From Eledone cirrhosa (Eukaryota), in NCBI GenBank assembly GCA_964016885.1, contig OZ024743.1, forward strand, positions 300,328,001 through 300,392,000: DNA of 64,000 nt, given 5' to 3'. Within the stretch, counting starts at the first letter, position 1; the number at the start of each line of letters is the position of its first letter. Shown here one piece after another: positions 13,501 to 26,770 of this stretch. Made by a program: the position numbers and the translations under genes. The notes below the pieces were generated by a model, which saw only the letters and a list, made by a program, of their open reading frames with translations, ran no database searches and had not been told where the DNA came from.

Positions 13501-14700
13501 TTTGGTATTATGTATATTATATTTCCATTTCTTGTTAGCATTATTTTTAACAATCTGAGGGAAATGACCAAGGTTTGCTTTCAGGTTTGGATCGTTTTTT
13601 CGTCCAGTTTCTTGTGGGTAATCTCTGTTGAGATATTGAGAGTGATCTGGTTTATCTACGTTTTGTTTCCCCGTCCCTTGTGGGTAGTTTCTGTTGAGAT
13701 CTTGAAAATGATCTCCTGGTTTTACTACTTCTCATGGTCTGGTCAAAGGAATATCTATCGTGTTTGTGTTTTTTGTTCATGTTGTGTGCGTTAGGGTGTT
13801 TTTGTAGAAAATACGAAGAGTTATTACCGTAGTTCTTCTTTGATTCAAGGTAAGGTGAGTGTTTGTGTTGGCACGTGTTCTGGCGGATGTTGTGTTGGTG
13901 AGATTGTCCACTTTTAATGCTTTTTCTCAAGGTTCCAGAGTCTTTACCGTAATTTGCAGCATATTCGTCGAGAAAGAAATAATTGTTTCTGCGGCCATTC
14001 CTTTCTTGATTTGATTTCTTCTTTTGAGATATCTATGATCCATAGTTCTCGTAGTTTTTCAGCTAGAATACCAGTCGTCAGCTTTGAAATTTCAACTTCA
14101 ATTTGGTCATCGATAGCTTCATATTTGGCTTTGTAGCGGGATTATTTACATTGAGAAATGGAGATGTCGGTCCTTAATTTTGTCAATGTAAGTTCCCATC
14201 GCAGTTTTGTTTCTTCTTCTGGTTCTCCTGCAATTTCTGTAATTAGGTATTTACGAGGGAGTATGGGTGCCTTTAGAGAGAGCCATTTCGAATGTGTTTC
14301 GACATATTTTTCGCATTTGTATGCTTTCCAGAAGTTTTGTTTTCTTACGTTAAGAAATTTTTTCCCTCTCTTCCACATTTCTTTTCTTATTCGATGTGTT
14401 TTGTTTTCCAAATTTCTTTCGTATAGTTCTCACATCCAAGGGGGTTGTGGTAGGCTTTCTCTTGTATATTTGATAACTGTTGGTATAATTTCAGCTAAAT
14501 TCTTAATTTCAGAGTTTATATGTTCAGATATAAGTTTTCCGTCTGTAGATTGTTTTTCTATTTCCTTTAAAGTAGAGGATTGTGTGTCAATCAGCGTGAT
14601 AAATGCTTCAGGTTCAATTAACGTACTTGTTCAATTACCGTGTTCAATTAACGTACTTGTTCAATTAACACTTAACATTTAATATTCTACCATACGATTT
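10540..14700 (-). mobile_element. Decayed Neptune-like Penelope element (frameshifted RT + Cys-linker + GIY-YIG, with N-terminal extension)
   Basis: Colinear ORF pieces: LKFTPTP, YGLPKVHK, LRPIIAG, SFDVVSLYTNI, QIRGIAM, KRYLDDCF, LPFLDI, SCHP, then CRDSRCGTC...NLIYCIKC..C..LYVGRT. Multiple stops and frameshifts. Confidence 0.88.
10681..10725 (-). ncRNA. Minimal type I hammerhead ribozyme at the 3' end of the Neptune-like element
   Basis: Minus strand reads gaac-CTGAAGA-t-tgc gaaa gca-t-GAAA-gtac-TT-gttc. Stem I is gaac/gttc and stem III is the palindrome AGTACT. Confidence 0.8.
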
Positions 14701-14764
14701 CATTATAATCGATTTTAATTTGATTTTATATACATATATATGTATATAATTAAGGTATTGAAGA

Positions 14765-16120
14765 GGTTGGTGAACTCACGAATAATTCACTTTTATGAAA
14801 GCAACAGTTTTCTGAAATCCAAGCAACATAGCTTCTGTAATGGAAAGGACTGCCTATAGCAGCTCTTGCATCACTTTGATGGCTTTTTAAAGCTTTAGAA
14901 GACAGTTCCAACACTGATTTCATCTACCTTGATTTTAGCATGGCCTTTGAGAGGGTTGGTCACAACATTCTACTGAAAAGAAGCTATCGAAGATTGGTGT
15001 GAATGGAAAATTACTGCAATGGATCAGTTGTTTCCTGACAAACAGAGTCCAACATTTTGCCCAACCAAAGTCAGTAATGGAATTCCACAAATCACAGTGG
15101 TGAGCCACATCTTTTCATTATCTATAAAAATGACGATAGTCACGTCATCAAGCGCAGTTACAGAATAAACGTTGAAGATGATTCCAAGCTACAGAAAGCC
15201 ATCAATTGAGTTGGTGATTGGACATATCTTCAATGAAATCTACTTGCTGTTATCCAACGGGTGGAAAAGAACAAAACAAAAATAAAACAATATGCTGCTG
15301 AACAAGGATAAGTTTGAATTAATCCACTTTGAAAAAGTGGATGCACTGAAACTCTCTTATTCCCTTCCTCTTGGTAAACAATCGTGGCATCCAACAACAT
15401 CAGAAGTGTCTTGGAAGTACTTGTTGATAACAACATAAGCTGGGCCACTCGAATATATAACACAGTTGACATCACTCGCAGAATGTGCTCTGGATTATTT
15501 ACAGTCGAGTGATATCCACATCATTATCCTTCTCTTCTCTACTTTTACCCGATCCCACCTTGAATAGTGTTGTCCACTGTGCTCTCCCAACACGAAACAA
15601 ATGATTATGAACATTTAAGCACCTCGAATGTCAATCACGAAAATGATAGACAGCATAAGACGCCTTGACTATTGGGTCGACTAGAAAATCTCAAACTGTA
15701 TTCTCTCTAACGTCGAAGTGAGCGCTACATTATGTGCATGATGTGGAAAATATTCCATCAGCATTGCCCAAATGATGTTGGCATCATCTTTAAAATACGC
15801 CAAAGGGTTGGGCTCTGTTTTATCTGCCAATAACAAAAATCAGAATCGAATCTCAAAACATCATTACGATACAATTACTTCCCCTCAAATCCACACACCC
15901 TCATTAACAATACACCAAAACACATTAAAACATAAACGGCCCCCATAACATTTAAAAGACCAGGGGCACATTTTTCTAAGAAATCCCGGATAAACATCAT
16001 ACGTCCGGATATATCTTCGTATAAAATTACTCTCAGCTTGAATGTGGCATGTTGTTCAAATCGTGATTTAAAAGACTTCGGCAGGTAGTGCTGTTAAGTT
16101 AGAGATGGCTTGGGCCAATA
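14765..16120 (+). mobile_element. Decayed CR1/L2-group LINE 3' fragment
   Basis: IYLDFS.AF, GKLLQWI..FL.NR.Q, EDDSKL, SHLE.CCPL and LYSL.RR.ERY remnants. The 3' end matches 18920-18970. Confidence 0.85.
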
Positions 16121-16133
16121 CAGAATGTTATGC

Positions 16134-16221
<88 letters not shown>

Positions 16222-16240
16222 TACATATATATATATATAT

Positions 16241-16442
16241 ACAATATATTAACAAATGGGAAGTATATTTATAGAACCATATTTATTACATTATACATGT
16301 TTCAAGGGCCATCAAGGCAAGCTATGGTGCGCTTTCATCAGATAAAATATAATATAGGTTAGTTTTATGAATAGATATTGACATACCCTGAAAAAATGCA
16401 ACCATTCTGGGTGGAATCACAACAAATTAAATATAACCTCAA
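16241..16442 (-). mobile_element. Solo pseudo-LTR 3' end related to 6192-6400, with hammerhead core at ~16289-16346
   Basis: Flanks are alignable. Minus strand reads CTGATGA-aag...ccat..atgg..ctt-GAAA-catg-TA. Confidence 0.75.
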
Positions 16443-16458
16443 CATATATATATATACG

Positions 16459-16490
<32 letters not shown>

Positions 16491-16495
16491 CATTT

Positions 16496-16526
<31 letters not shown>

Positions 16527-16576
16527 CATTCATACAGACATATATATATATACATTCATACATACATATATATATG

Positions 16577-16635
<59 letters not shown>

Positions 16636-16684
16636 TCATACATACATATATATATATATATACATTCATACATACATATATATA

Positions 16685-17613
16685 TCTATATATATAAAAC
16701 TGAGGTTGTCTGTCTGTCTATCGATTTTTGGCACACATCTCCTCTTAGAATCTCTCACGGAATTGCACCGAAATTGCTATACTTGTACATTGAGCCGTAG
16801 CGAAGACATCGGGAAAAAAAAATTTCAAATTGACCCGCCCTATCTGACGAAATCGAATATAATGTATCGATTTTTGAGCGTAAGTGATCAGTTATTTCCC
16901 TTTGTTCTGTTTACATTCAGCGTCTGCGTGAAAAAATTAAAAAAATTACGCTGGCTTTCTCAGCGTTTAAAATGACTGCAACATTCATCAGTTCGAACAC
17001 TAAGCTTCCGTTTTGCTTCATTTCCATTTAAAAGCCTTTTAAGACAATATTTTTACTTGAAAACAAGTCTATTTAAAGACTACGTAAAACAAGCAAATAT
17101 TTCGTAAAAAAAAAGCAAAAATTATATAAGTTTATTTAAAATATATGTATCTGTAAATTTCGTTAGGCGTGCAGACAGACAGTCGTGCAGACAGATAGTC
17201 GTGCAGAGAGGTGATATACGCGTGCAGACAGATAGTCGTGCAGAGAGGTGATATAGGCGTGCAGACAGACAGTCGTGCAGAGAGGTGATATAGGCGTGCA
17301 GACAGACATAACTGATAATTTGGTTACGCTAATGTTTTTCTCTGCGTTGCAGTGTTTACATTTTCGATCTTTGTTAATAAATAACCAGTGCAGTTTTTAT
17401 CCCCAGCATCCTCTTTTGTTATAACATTCGGGTTATCGTTATGTTTTCTTAACTTCATAAGGCATATTGTTGGTTGAGGGAATATTAATCAAAAACACGA
17501 CATGCAAGTCTGCACAGTAGACATTACAGTTTTTAAGCCAAAAAAGAAACTTAACATTGTAACTTTAACACAGCTACTGAGCGACCCCGAGCAACGCCGG
17601 GCTTTACTGCTAG
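16685..17613 (+). mobile_element. Non-autonomous Helitron
   Basis: 5' end TCTATATATATAAAA..TGTCTGTCTG. 3' GC hairpin cccg-agcaacgc-cggg followed by CTAG. A|T target site. Internal ~37-bp tandem repeat at 17165-17310. Confidence 0.85.
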
Positions 17614-17638
17614 TATATATATATATACATTCATGCAT

Positions 17639-17696
<58 letters not shown>

Positions 17697-17724
17697 TCAT
17701 ACATACATATATATATATATATGA

Positions 17725-18992
17725 TATGGCCGATCTGGGCTGTATCGGCGATGTTACTCCCAATTACACCTTATCGGACATAACGTTTGGCGCCCCTGAT
17801 GTCTTAGCGGCAATAAAGGAAATCAAGCATAATTCAGCAGTAGGTCCCGATAGGTTCCCTGCTTGTGTCTTGAAGGCGTGTCAACACCAACTTGCATCTC
17901 CTCTTGCCAATCTGTGGCGGAACTCACTGGATGCTGGATATGTGCCAGAAAACCTTCTATCCCAGTCTGTTGTCCCAGTTTTCAAAAAAGGAAACAAATC
18001 CCTTGCCGTGAATTACCGTCCAATATCTCACTCACCATCATTAAGGTATTTGAGAGAGTGGTGAGATCGCGAATGACTCACTTCCTCGAGAGTAACAATA
18101 TGCTGAACTCCAACCAGCATGGATTCCGTAATGGAAGGGATTGCCTGACGCAGCGACTGCATCACTTTGATGACATTTTGAGAGCCTTGGGAGAGGGTTC
18201 CAACACTGATGTTATCTACCTTGATTTCAGCAAGGCCTTTGACAGGGTTCATCACAACATTCTACTGAGAAAGCTGTCCAATATTTGTGTCACTGGAAAG
18301 CTGCTGCAGTGGATCAAGAGCTTCCTGTCAAACAGAACCCAACATGTTGTAGTCGAAGGAGTCAAATCCAGCCCAGCCAAAGTCAGTAGTGGGGTCCCAC
18401 AAGGCACTGTGTTGGGCCCACTTCTCTTCATCATCTATATTAATGACATCACTGACGTCATCAAACACAGCAACATTAGAATTTTCAATCATGAAAAAGA
18501 TAGATGGCATGTCAGACCTTGACTACAGGGGTCGATTAGAAAAGCTGAAACTTTAATCACTCCAACGTCGCCGTGAGCGTTATATTATCTGCATGATGTG
18601 GAAAATGTTTCATCATCACTGCCCAAATGATTTTGGCATCACCTTCAAATTACACCCAAGGCTTGGGCCCCGTGCTATCAAACAAAAATCTAAATTGCAT
18701 CTCATAACAACAATACGGCACAATTATTTCACCTCAATTGGCCCTGCTCTCTTCACCATCACACCAGGACACGTCAAAACAGAAACTGACCACACAAAAT
18801 TCAAGAAGTCTTTGGACAAATTCCTCCAAGTAATCCCGGACAAACCACCCAAACCCGGATATGTCTCCGCAAACAGTAATTATCTTCTCGAATGGGCCAT
18901 GGTGCCCAAATCCTGAATTGAAAGACTTCGCCAGGTGGTGCTATTAAGTTAGACATGGCCTGGGCCAATACTGGCCAAAACATTTCAAAGTT
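17725..18992 (+). mobile_element. CR1/L2-group LINE fragment with an internal deletion removing the ADD catalytic motif
   Basis: GPDRFP, VVPVFKKG, NYRPIS, QHGFRNGR, DVIYLDFSKAFDRV, SGVPQGTVLGPLLFIIYIND. At ~18487 the sequence jumps to the C-terminal region. Confidence 0.9.
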
Positions 18993-19010
18993 ATATAGAT
19001 ATATACATTC

Positions 19011-19072
<62 letters not shown>

Positions 19073-19086
19073 TCATACATACATAC

Positions 19087-19140
<54 letters not shown>

Positions 19141-19142
19141 TC

Positions 19143-19212
<70 letters not shown>

Positions 19213-19214
19213 TC

Positions 19215-19275
<61 letters not shown>

Positions 19276-19280
19276 CATTC

Positions 19281-19315
<35 letters not shown>

Positions 19316-19521
19316 CATTCATACATACATATATATATATACATTCATACATACATATATATATATATACATTCATACATACATATATATATATACATTC
19401 ATACATACATATATATATATATATACATTCATACATACATATATATATATATATATACATTCATACATACATATATATATATATATACATTCATACATAC
19501 ACATATATATATATATACATT

Positions 19522-19588
<67 letters not shown>

Positions 19589-19601
19589 TCATACACACAT
19601 A

Positions 19602-19680
<79 letters not shown>

Positions 19681-19813
19681 TCATACATACATATATATAT
19701 ATATATATATACATTCATAAATATATATATATATACCTTCATACATATATATATATATATACATTCATACATATATATATATATACCTTCATACATATAT
19801 ATATATATACCTT

Positions 19814-19878
<65 letters not shown>

Positions 19879-19997
19879 GCATACATATATATATATATAT
19901 ATACCTTCATACATATATATATATATATACCTTCTTACATATATATATATATATACCTTCTTACATATATATATATATATATATATAAATATATACA

Positions 19998-20046
<49 letters not shown>

Positions 20047-20200
20047 TCATACATATATATATATACATTCATACATATATATATATATATATACATTCAT
20101 ACATACATATATATATATATATACATTCATACATATATATATATACATTCATACATATATATATATATATATATACATTCATACATACATATATATATAT
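18993..20200. repeat. Compound microsatellite of (TA)n punctuated by CATTCATACATA; continues at 16445-16684, 17614-17722 and 23284-23556
   Basis: Direct reading. Confidence 0.95.
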
Positions 20201-23200
20201 GAATATAGACATAGAATATTCGAAAATATTCTGTATGTTTATAATAAACATTTTGAAGACCTAATCGCTATAGAATAGAATACGTCACGTATTACAATTA
20301 GATTCTCGATAAAAGCAAGGGAAGTAATCTACGCGTTTCATTCTTGTTAGAAATCTTCAGGACTACATATCCAGTGCTTTTATCGAGAATGACACAGCTA
20401 GAGACTTATAGAATACTTAGCTGTGTACAGGAACTGGTTTGAAAGAGCGGTTGCCGGTCCGGCAGAAATTAGAAATTGGAATAAATGCTCTGAAATAGCG
20501 ATATATATGTGAATATAGACATAGAATATTCGAAAATATTCTGTATGTTTATAATAAACATTTTGAAGACCTAATCGCTATAGAATAGAATACGTCACGT
20601 ATTACAATTAGATTCTCGATAAAAGCAAGGGAAGTAATCTACGCGTTTCATTCTTGTTAGAAATCTTCAGGACTACATATCCAGTGCTTTTATCGAGAAT
20701 GACACAGCTAGAGACTTATAGAATACTTAGCTGTGTACAGGAACTGGTTTGAAAGAGCGGTTGCCGGTCCGGCAGAAATTAGAAATTGGAATAAATGCTC
20801 TGAAATAGCGATATATATGTGAATATAGACATAGAATATTCGAAAATATTCTGTATGTTTATAATAAACATTTTGAAGACCTAATCGCTATAGAATAGAA
20901 TACGTCACGTATTACAATTAGATTCTCGATAAAAGCAAGGGAAGTAATCTACGCGTTTCATTCTTGTTAGAAATCTTCAGGACTACATATCCAGTGCTTT
21001 TATCGAGAATGACACAGCTAGAGACTTATAGAATACTTAGCTGTGTACAGGAACTGGTTTGAAAGAGCGGTTGCCGGTCCGGCAGAAATTAGAAATTGGA
21101 ATAAATGCTCTGAAATAGCGATATATATGTGAATATAGACATAGAATATTCGAAAATATTCTGTATGTTTATAATAAACATTTTGAAGACCTAATCGCTA
21201 TAGAATAGAATACGTCACGTATTACAATTAGATTCTCGGTAAAAGCAAGGGAAGTAATCTACGCGTTTCATTCTTGTTAGAAATCTTCAGGACTACATAT
21301 CCAGTGCTTTTATCGAGAATGACACAGCTAGAGACTTATAGAATACTTAGCTGTGTACAGGAACTGGTTTGAAAGAGCGGTTGCCGGTCCGGCAGAAATT
21401 AGAAATTGGAATAAATGCTCTGAAATAGCGATATATATGTGAATATAGACATAGAATATTCGAAAATATTCTGTATGTTTATAATAAACATTTTGAAGAC
21501 CTAATCGCTATAGAATAGAAGCACTGGATATGTAGTCCTGAAGATTTCTAACAAGAATGAAACGCGTAGATTACTTCCCTTGCTTTTATCGAGAATCTAA
21601 TTGTAATACGTGACGTATTCTATTCTATAGCGATTAGGTCTTCAAAATGTTTATTATAAACATACAGAATATTTTCGAATATTCTATGTCTATATTCACA
21701 TATATATCGCTATTTCAGAGCATTTATTCCAATTTCTAATTTCTGCCGGACCGGCAACCGCTCTTTCAAACCAGTTCCTGTACACAGCTAAGTATTCTAT
21801 AAGTCTCTAGCTGTGTCATTCTCGATAAAAGCACTGGATATGTAGTCCTGAAGATTTCTAACAAGAATGAAACGCGTAGATTACTTCCCTTGCTTTTATC
21901 GAGAATCTAATTGTAATACGTGACGTATTCTATTCTATAGCGATTAGGTCTTCAACATGTTTATTATAAACATACAGAATATTTTCGAATATTCTATGTC
22001 TATATTCACATATATATCGCTATTTCAGAGCATTTATTCCAATTTCTAATTTCTGCCGGACCGGCAACCGCTCTTTCAAACCAGTTCCTGTACACAGCTA
22101 AGTATTCTATAAGTCTCTAGCTGTGTCATTCTCGATAAAAGCACTGGATATGTAGTCCTGAAGATTTCTAACAAGAATGAAACGCGTAGATTACTTCCCT
22201 TGCTTTTATCGAGAATCTAATTGTAATACGTGACGTATTCTATTCTATAGCGATTAGGTCTTCAAAATGTTTATTATAAACATACAGAATATTTTCGAAT
22301 ATTCTATGTCTATATTCACATATATATCGCTATTTCAGAGCATTTATTCCAATTTCTAATTTCTGCCGGACCGGCAACCGCTCTTTCAAACCAGTTCCTG
22401 TACACAGCTAAGTATTCTATAAGTCTCTAGCTGTGTCATTCTCGATAAAAGCACTGGATATGTAGTCCTGAAGATTTCTAACAAGAATGAAACGCGTAGA
22501 TTACTTCCCTTGCTTTTATCGAGAATCTAATTGTAATACGTGACGTATTCTATTCTATAGCGATTAGGTCTTCAAAATGTTTATTATAAACATACAGAAT
22601 ATTTTCGAATATTCTATGTCTATATTCACATATATATCGCTATTTCAGAGCATTTATTCCAATTTCTAATTTCTGCCGGACCGGCAACCGCTCTTTCAAA
22701 CCAGTTCCTGTACACAGCTAAGTATTCTATAAGTCTCTAGCTGTGTCATTCTCGATAAAAGCACTGGATATGTAGTCCTGAAGATTTCTAACAAGAATGA
22801 AACGCGTAGATTACTTCCCTTGCTTTTATCGAGAATCTAATTGTAATACGTGACGTATTCTATTCTATAGCGATTAGGTCTTCAAAATGTTTATTATAAA
22901 CATACAGAATATTTTCGAATATTCTATGTCTATATTCACATATATATCGCTATTTCAGAGCATTTATTCCAATTTCTAATTTCTGCCGGACCGGCAACCG
23001 CTCTTTCAAACCAGTTCCTGTACACAGCTAAGTATTCTATAAGTCTCTAGCTGTGTCATTCTCGATAAAAGCACTGGATATGTAGTCCTGAAGATTTCTA
23101 ACAAGAATGAAACGCGTAGATTACTTCCCTTGCTTTTATCGAGAATCTAATTGTAATACGTGACGTATTCTATTCTATAGCGATTAGGTCTTCAAAATGT

Positions 23201-23283
23201 TTATTATAAACATACAGAATATTTTCGAATATTCTATGTCTATATTCACATATATATCGCTATTTCAGAGCATTTATTCCAAT
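20200..23283. repeat. Head-to-head array of a 310-bp hammerhead-containing non-coding unit (retrozyme-like non-autonomous PLE)
   Basis: Unit starts at 20201, 20511, 20821, 21131 and 21441, then an inversion at ~21520, then starts at 21521, 21831, 22141, 22451, 22761 and 23071. Only two substitutions were noticed. Confidence 0.95.
21532..21574 (+). ncRNA. Type I hammerhead ribozyme (first of 6 plus-strand copies at 310-bp spacing; 4 minus-strand copies from 20324-20366)
   Basis: gtagtc-CTGAAGA-t-ttct aaca agaa-t-GAAA-cgcg-TA-gattac. In full units stem I is extended by the 16-bp helix attctcgataaaagca/tgcttttatcgagaat. Predicted cleavage is after A21568. Confidence 0.9.
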
Positions 23284-23393
23284 ATATATATATATATACA
23301 TTCATACATACATACATATATATACATTCATACATACATATACATATATATATATATACATTCATATATATATATATACATATATATGCATTC

Positions 23394-23424
<31 letters not shown>

Positions 23425-23426
23425 CA

Positions 23427-23468
<42 letters not shown>

Positions 23469-23500
23469 CATTCATACATACACACACACACACACACATA

Positions 23501-23560
<60 letters not shown>

Positions 23561-24352
23561 CTGTCAGACACGCAGTGACTAACAATAGAATGTTTTAAGT
23601 CTGCGTGTCTGACATATATACGTAGCTTGAGAATAAACAAATTCAAGGGGTGTCGCTGTCATGGTGATCGCTGCCAAACATGTTTTTAATGTATCGTCTT
23701 ATTGGCTAATCAACCAACGCAATTAATTGTTGCTCAAAAGAACTCCGCCATTTTGTTTGCACGTTTATTTATTTTGTTTGCACGATTATTTATTTCGCTT
23801 TCGAATCTTCCTCCTATTTCGTCGTTTATCATCAAAATATTTTTCTCGTTTTGGTAAGTTTTATTGTTAATTCATATATGATTTTTTAAGTTTATATTAA
23901 CTATTTTTTTTTTCAGTTCGTTATAACATGCTTATAATATTGGTTGTATCATATTTACTTGTATATTTGTCCATATTATTGTTCGTCTTATGTTAGATTA
24001 TTTAATTATTATTATGTTAGATTATTTTTTTATTATTATGTTTACTATTTATATGTAATATTTAATTTTTATTAATTCAACTATAACAATTATTATGTAA
24101 AATATATTTATTTAATATTGATTGATTTTTGTAGTTGTTTATATTAAAAGTCTGAAAATATGTTTATACATCTTACAATAATATTTATAAGATCATTTAT
24201 AAAATAATTTGTATACATCTTACAATAATATTTATAAGATCATTTATAAAATAACTATTATATAATCTAATTACATTACAACGATAAGTTATTATTAATA
24301 TATAAAATGTTTAACTAGAGTTATTACAAGCGGTGCCTTAAAAAAATATTAA

Positions 24353-24798
24353 ACTAGACCTGAAAAATGCGCAAGCTCAAAAGAGTTACATAATGTTATA
24401 ATAAACCTTCAAAAGTATGGGACTAGAGTTGTTGCTCAGAAATATTGTAATCATTATCTATCGTCCACTCTGTCGCATCCGTTTACAAAAATGAGACTCG
24501 TAACGAACTCAAGACGGCACGATAATTATTTAAGTGAATTTATAATATAGAATTCGGTTTAAGTGCATTTCGTATTAATCATTACTAAACATCTAATATG
24601 AGATATTGAACATTAGCTTAAATAATTATCGTGTCGTCTTGAGTTCGTTATGAGTCTCTTTTTATAAAAGGATGCCACATAGTGTACGATAGATAATGAT
24701 TACAATATTTTTGAGCAACAACCCTAGTCCCACACTTTTGAAGGTTTATTATAACATTCTGTGGCTCTTTTGAACTTGCGCATTTTTCAGGTCTAGTA
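24353..24798. mobile_element. MITE with ~180-bp terminal inverted repeats
   Basis: ACTAGACCTGAAAAATGCGCAAG... / ...CTTGCGCATTTTTCAGGTCTAGT. Arms are 24353-24534 and ~24616-24798. Confidence 0.8.
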
Positions 24799-25507
24799 TA
24801 TATATGTATACACATATATAAATATGCGCGCGCGAGCGTGTCTGTGTGCGTGTGTGACTGTGGATGTGTGGGTATTTATATATAATTTTAGTTATATACC
24901 ACCCACTGTTATATTCAGTGATGAGTTTATATACAGGTGCTCCTTCAGAATCACATTATTGTCTTTAACAACTTGAACGTTTTCAGCTTTGAAAGTTGGA
25001 GCAATTTACTTTTACTATGAAATGTGTAGCATCGATATCATAGGTTACTTGTTGCAGAATTGTATACGAACATAATCATTTTAAAATAGATGTACATATA
25101 TATATATATATCAGAAAAATCCATACTATATTGTATAAAATACGACAAAGAAAAACGTGAATGATGAAGGTTTAGACTTAGCAACTTTAATCTCATCTAA
25201 TAAATATCTAAGCTGTCTAAACATAATTTTACCCTTGTTTTTTTCTTTGTAATATCATACGTATATGTCAATAACTAGTTAAACAACGAGATGACCTTCT
25301 TCACCAAATATGATTCAGTCGGATTCTTATGGAGATATATTAACTGACAAAAACACGACTGACACTAGCTAGGATTTGACGTTGAGGAGGTTGAAGTCGA
25401 TTGGGATGAAATATCGTGTAAAACATAAATCGACATACAAAAATGAAGAAAGATGTATTTTTGTTGTATCATTATGTATGCGTAACCATATGCTTCTAGA
25501 TATGAAA

Positions 25508-25582
<75 letters not shown>

Positions 25583-25585
<3 letters not shown>

Positions 25586-25933
25586 GTATGTATAGTATAT
25601 TTGGTAATATACCGTATGTTTAATTAAAAACATTTTAAAGTAGTGACTATGTCACTTACTTCTTTTTTCGGCAAAGGAAGGGCGAGAGCACACTTTTCGG
25701 CAAAGGTCGGGGAGTACGTTGCTCTGAGGAACACCAACGGTGCGTAACAGAATCTGTCAGCTTCTCTCTCTTCCTTTACCAAAAAAAGAAGTAAGTGACA
25801 TAGTCACTACTTTAAAATGATAGCGCAAGTTCTTCCAAATGTTTTTAAATTAAACATACGGTATATTACCAAATATACTATACATACATTCATGTATACA
25901 TCGCTATTTCAGAGCACCAATCCTTGTTTATTT

Positions 25934-25938
<5 letters not shown>
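25583..25938. mobile_element. Foldback mini-element with a hammerhead carrying a core mutation (25721-25761) and a tail
   Basis: Arms are ~25583-25690 and 25765-25890. The core reads gct-CTGAGGA-a-cacc aac ggtg-c-GTAA-caga a tctg-TC-agc (GAAA changed to GTAA). Confidence 0.8.
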
Positions 25939-25981
<43 letters not shown>

Positions 25982-26320
25982 CTTAACACTTCACACAGAG
26001 TAAAACATTTCGTTTTAATCATTTTCTAACAAGAGAAAAAAGAGAGAGGGAAACAAAAAGGAAAAACATATATTTTTCTTCCTCATAATCGTCTCTTTCT
26101 CCCTGTTTTCACATATATATATATATATATATATATATCAAGGAAGAATATTTTCGAAACAGCGTGTGCGTTTGAAATTATTAGAAATGTATCGCCGTAT
26201 TTTGACTAAAGAAATTAAAGAAATTACTTAGCCTGATAGTGGGGTTAAGAACCCTCAGAGAAATGGAAAAATATGAGTATTGACGTCATATATATATATA
26301 ATATATATATATAGAGAGAG

Positions 26321-26697
26321 ATTTTGAGTTTATGTTGGTTGTATACCAACACCTCAATATGCAGGCTGGAGCACTCGACGAAGTGCGCAGGTTGGTTTGG
26401 TTACTCCGGAGTAGTGTAAAATAAAGTTAAATAAAAGTCAAATGATTAAAATTTAGCTTCGTTTATTACTGCTATATATATTTCAGACTCCAGTTCCCCA
26501 GTGAATTAACAACCCAGCAAGGAACTCGGCGTATCAGAGTATTGACAATATCATACACCTAAACAACATATGTACTTGTCTATACTATACTAATTCAAAC
26601 TGCCTGAAGAGGTCACAGCCAAAGATGGCTGTCACTGAAATATATATAGCAGTAATAAACGAAGCTAAATTTTAATCATTTGACTTTTATTTAACTT

Positions 26698-26705
<8 letters not shown>
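26321..26705. mobile_element. Foldback mini-element with intact hammerhead and ~95-nt tail
   Basis: A ~70-bp inverted repeat at 26417-26486 and 26636-26705. Confidence 0.8.
26599..26653 (+). ncRNA. Type I hammerhead ribozyme
   Basis: actgc-CTGAAGA-ggtcacagcc aaagat ggctgtcact-GAAA-tatata-TA-gcagt. Stem I is perfect. Confidence 0.88.

Positions 26706-26770
<65 letters not shown>

Noticed and set aside
18993-20200. CATTCA-punctuated microsatellite as a product of telomerase-like reiterative copying by the PLE RT
   Set aside because: The strand is wrong for the adjacent arm. The same tract flanks the Helitron, LINE and array on both sides, so it predates them.
18955-20202. 415-aa and other YI/HT/CV-rich ORFs
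   Set aside because: These are translations of microsatellites.
20200-23283. CRISPR array or plain satellite
   Set aside because: There are no unique spacers, and the units carry a hammerhead and PLE-type ends.
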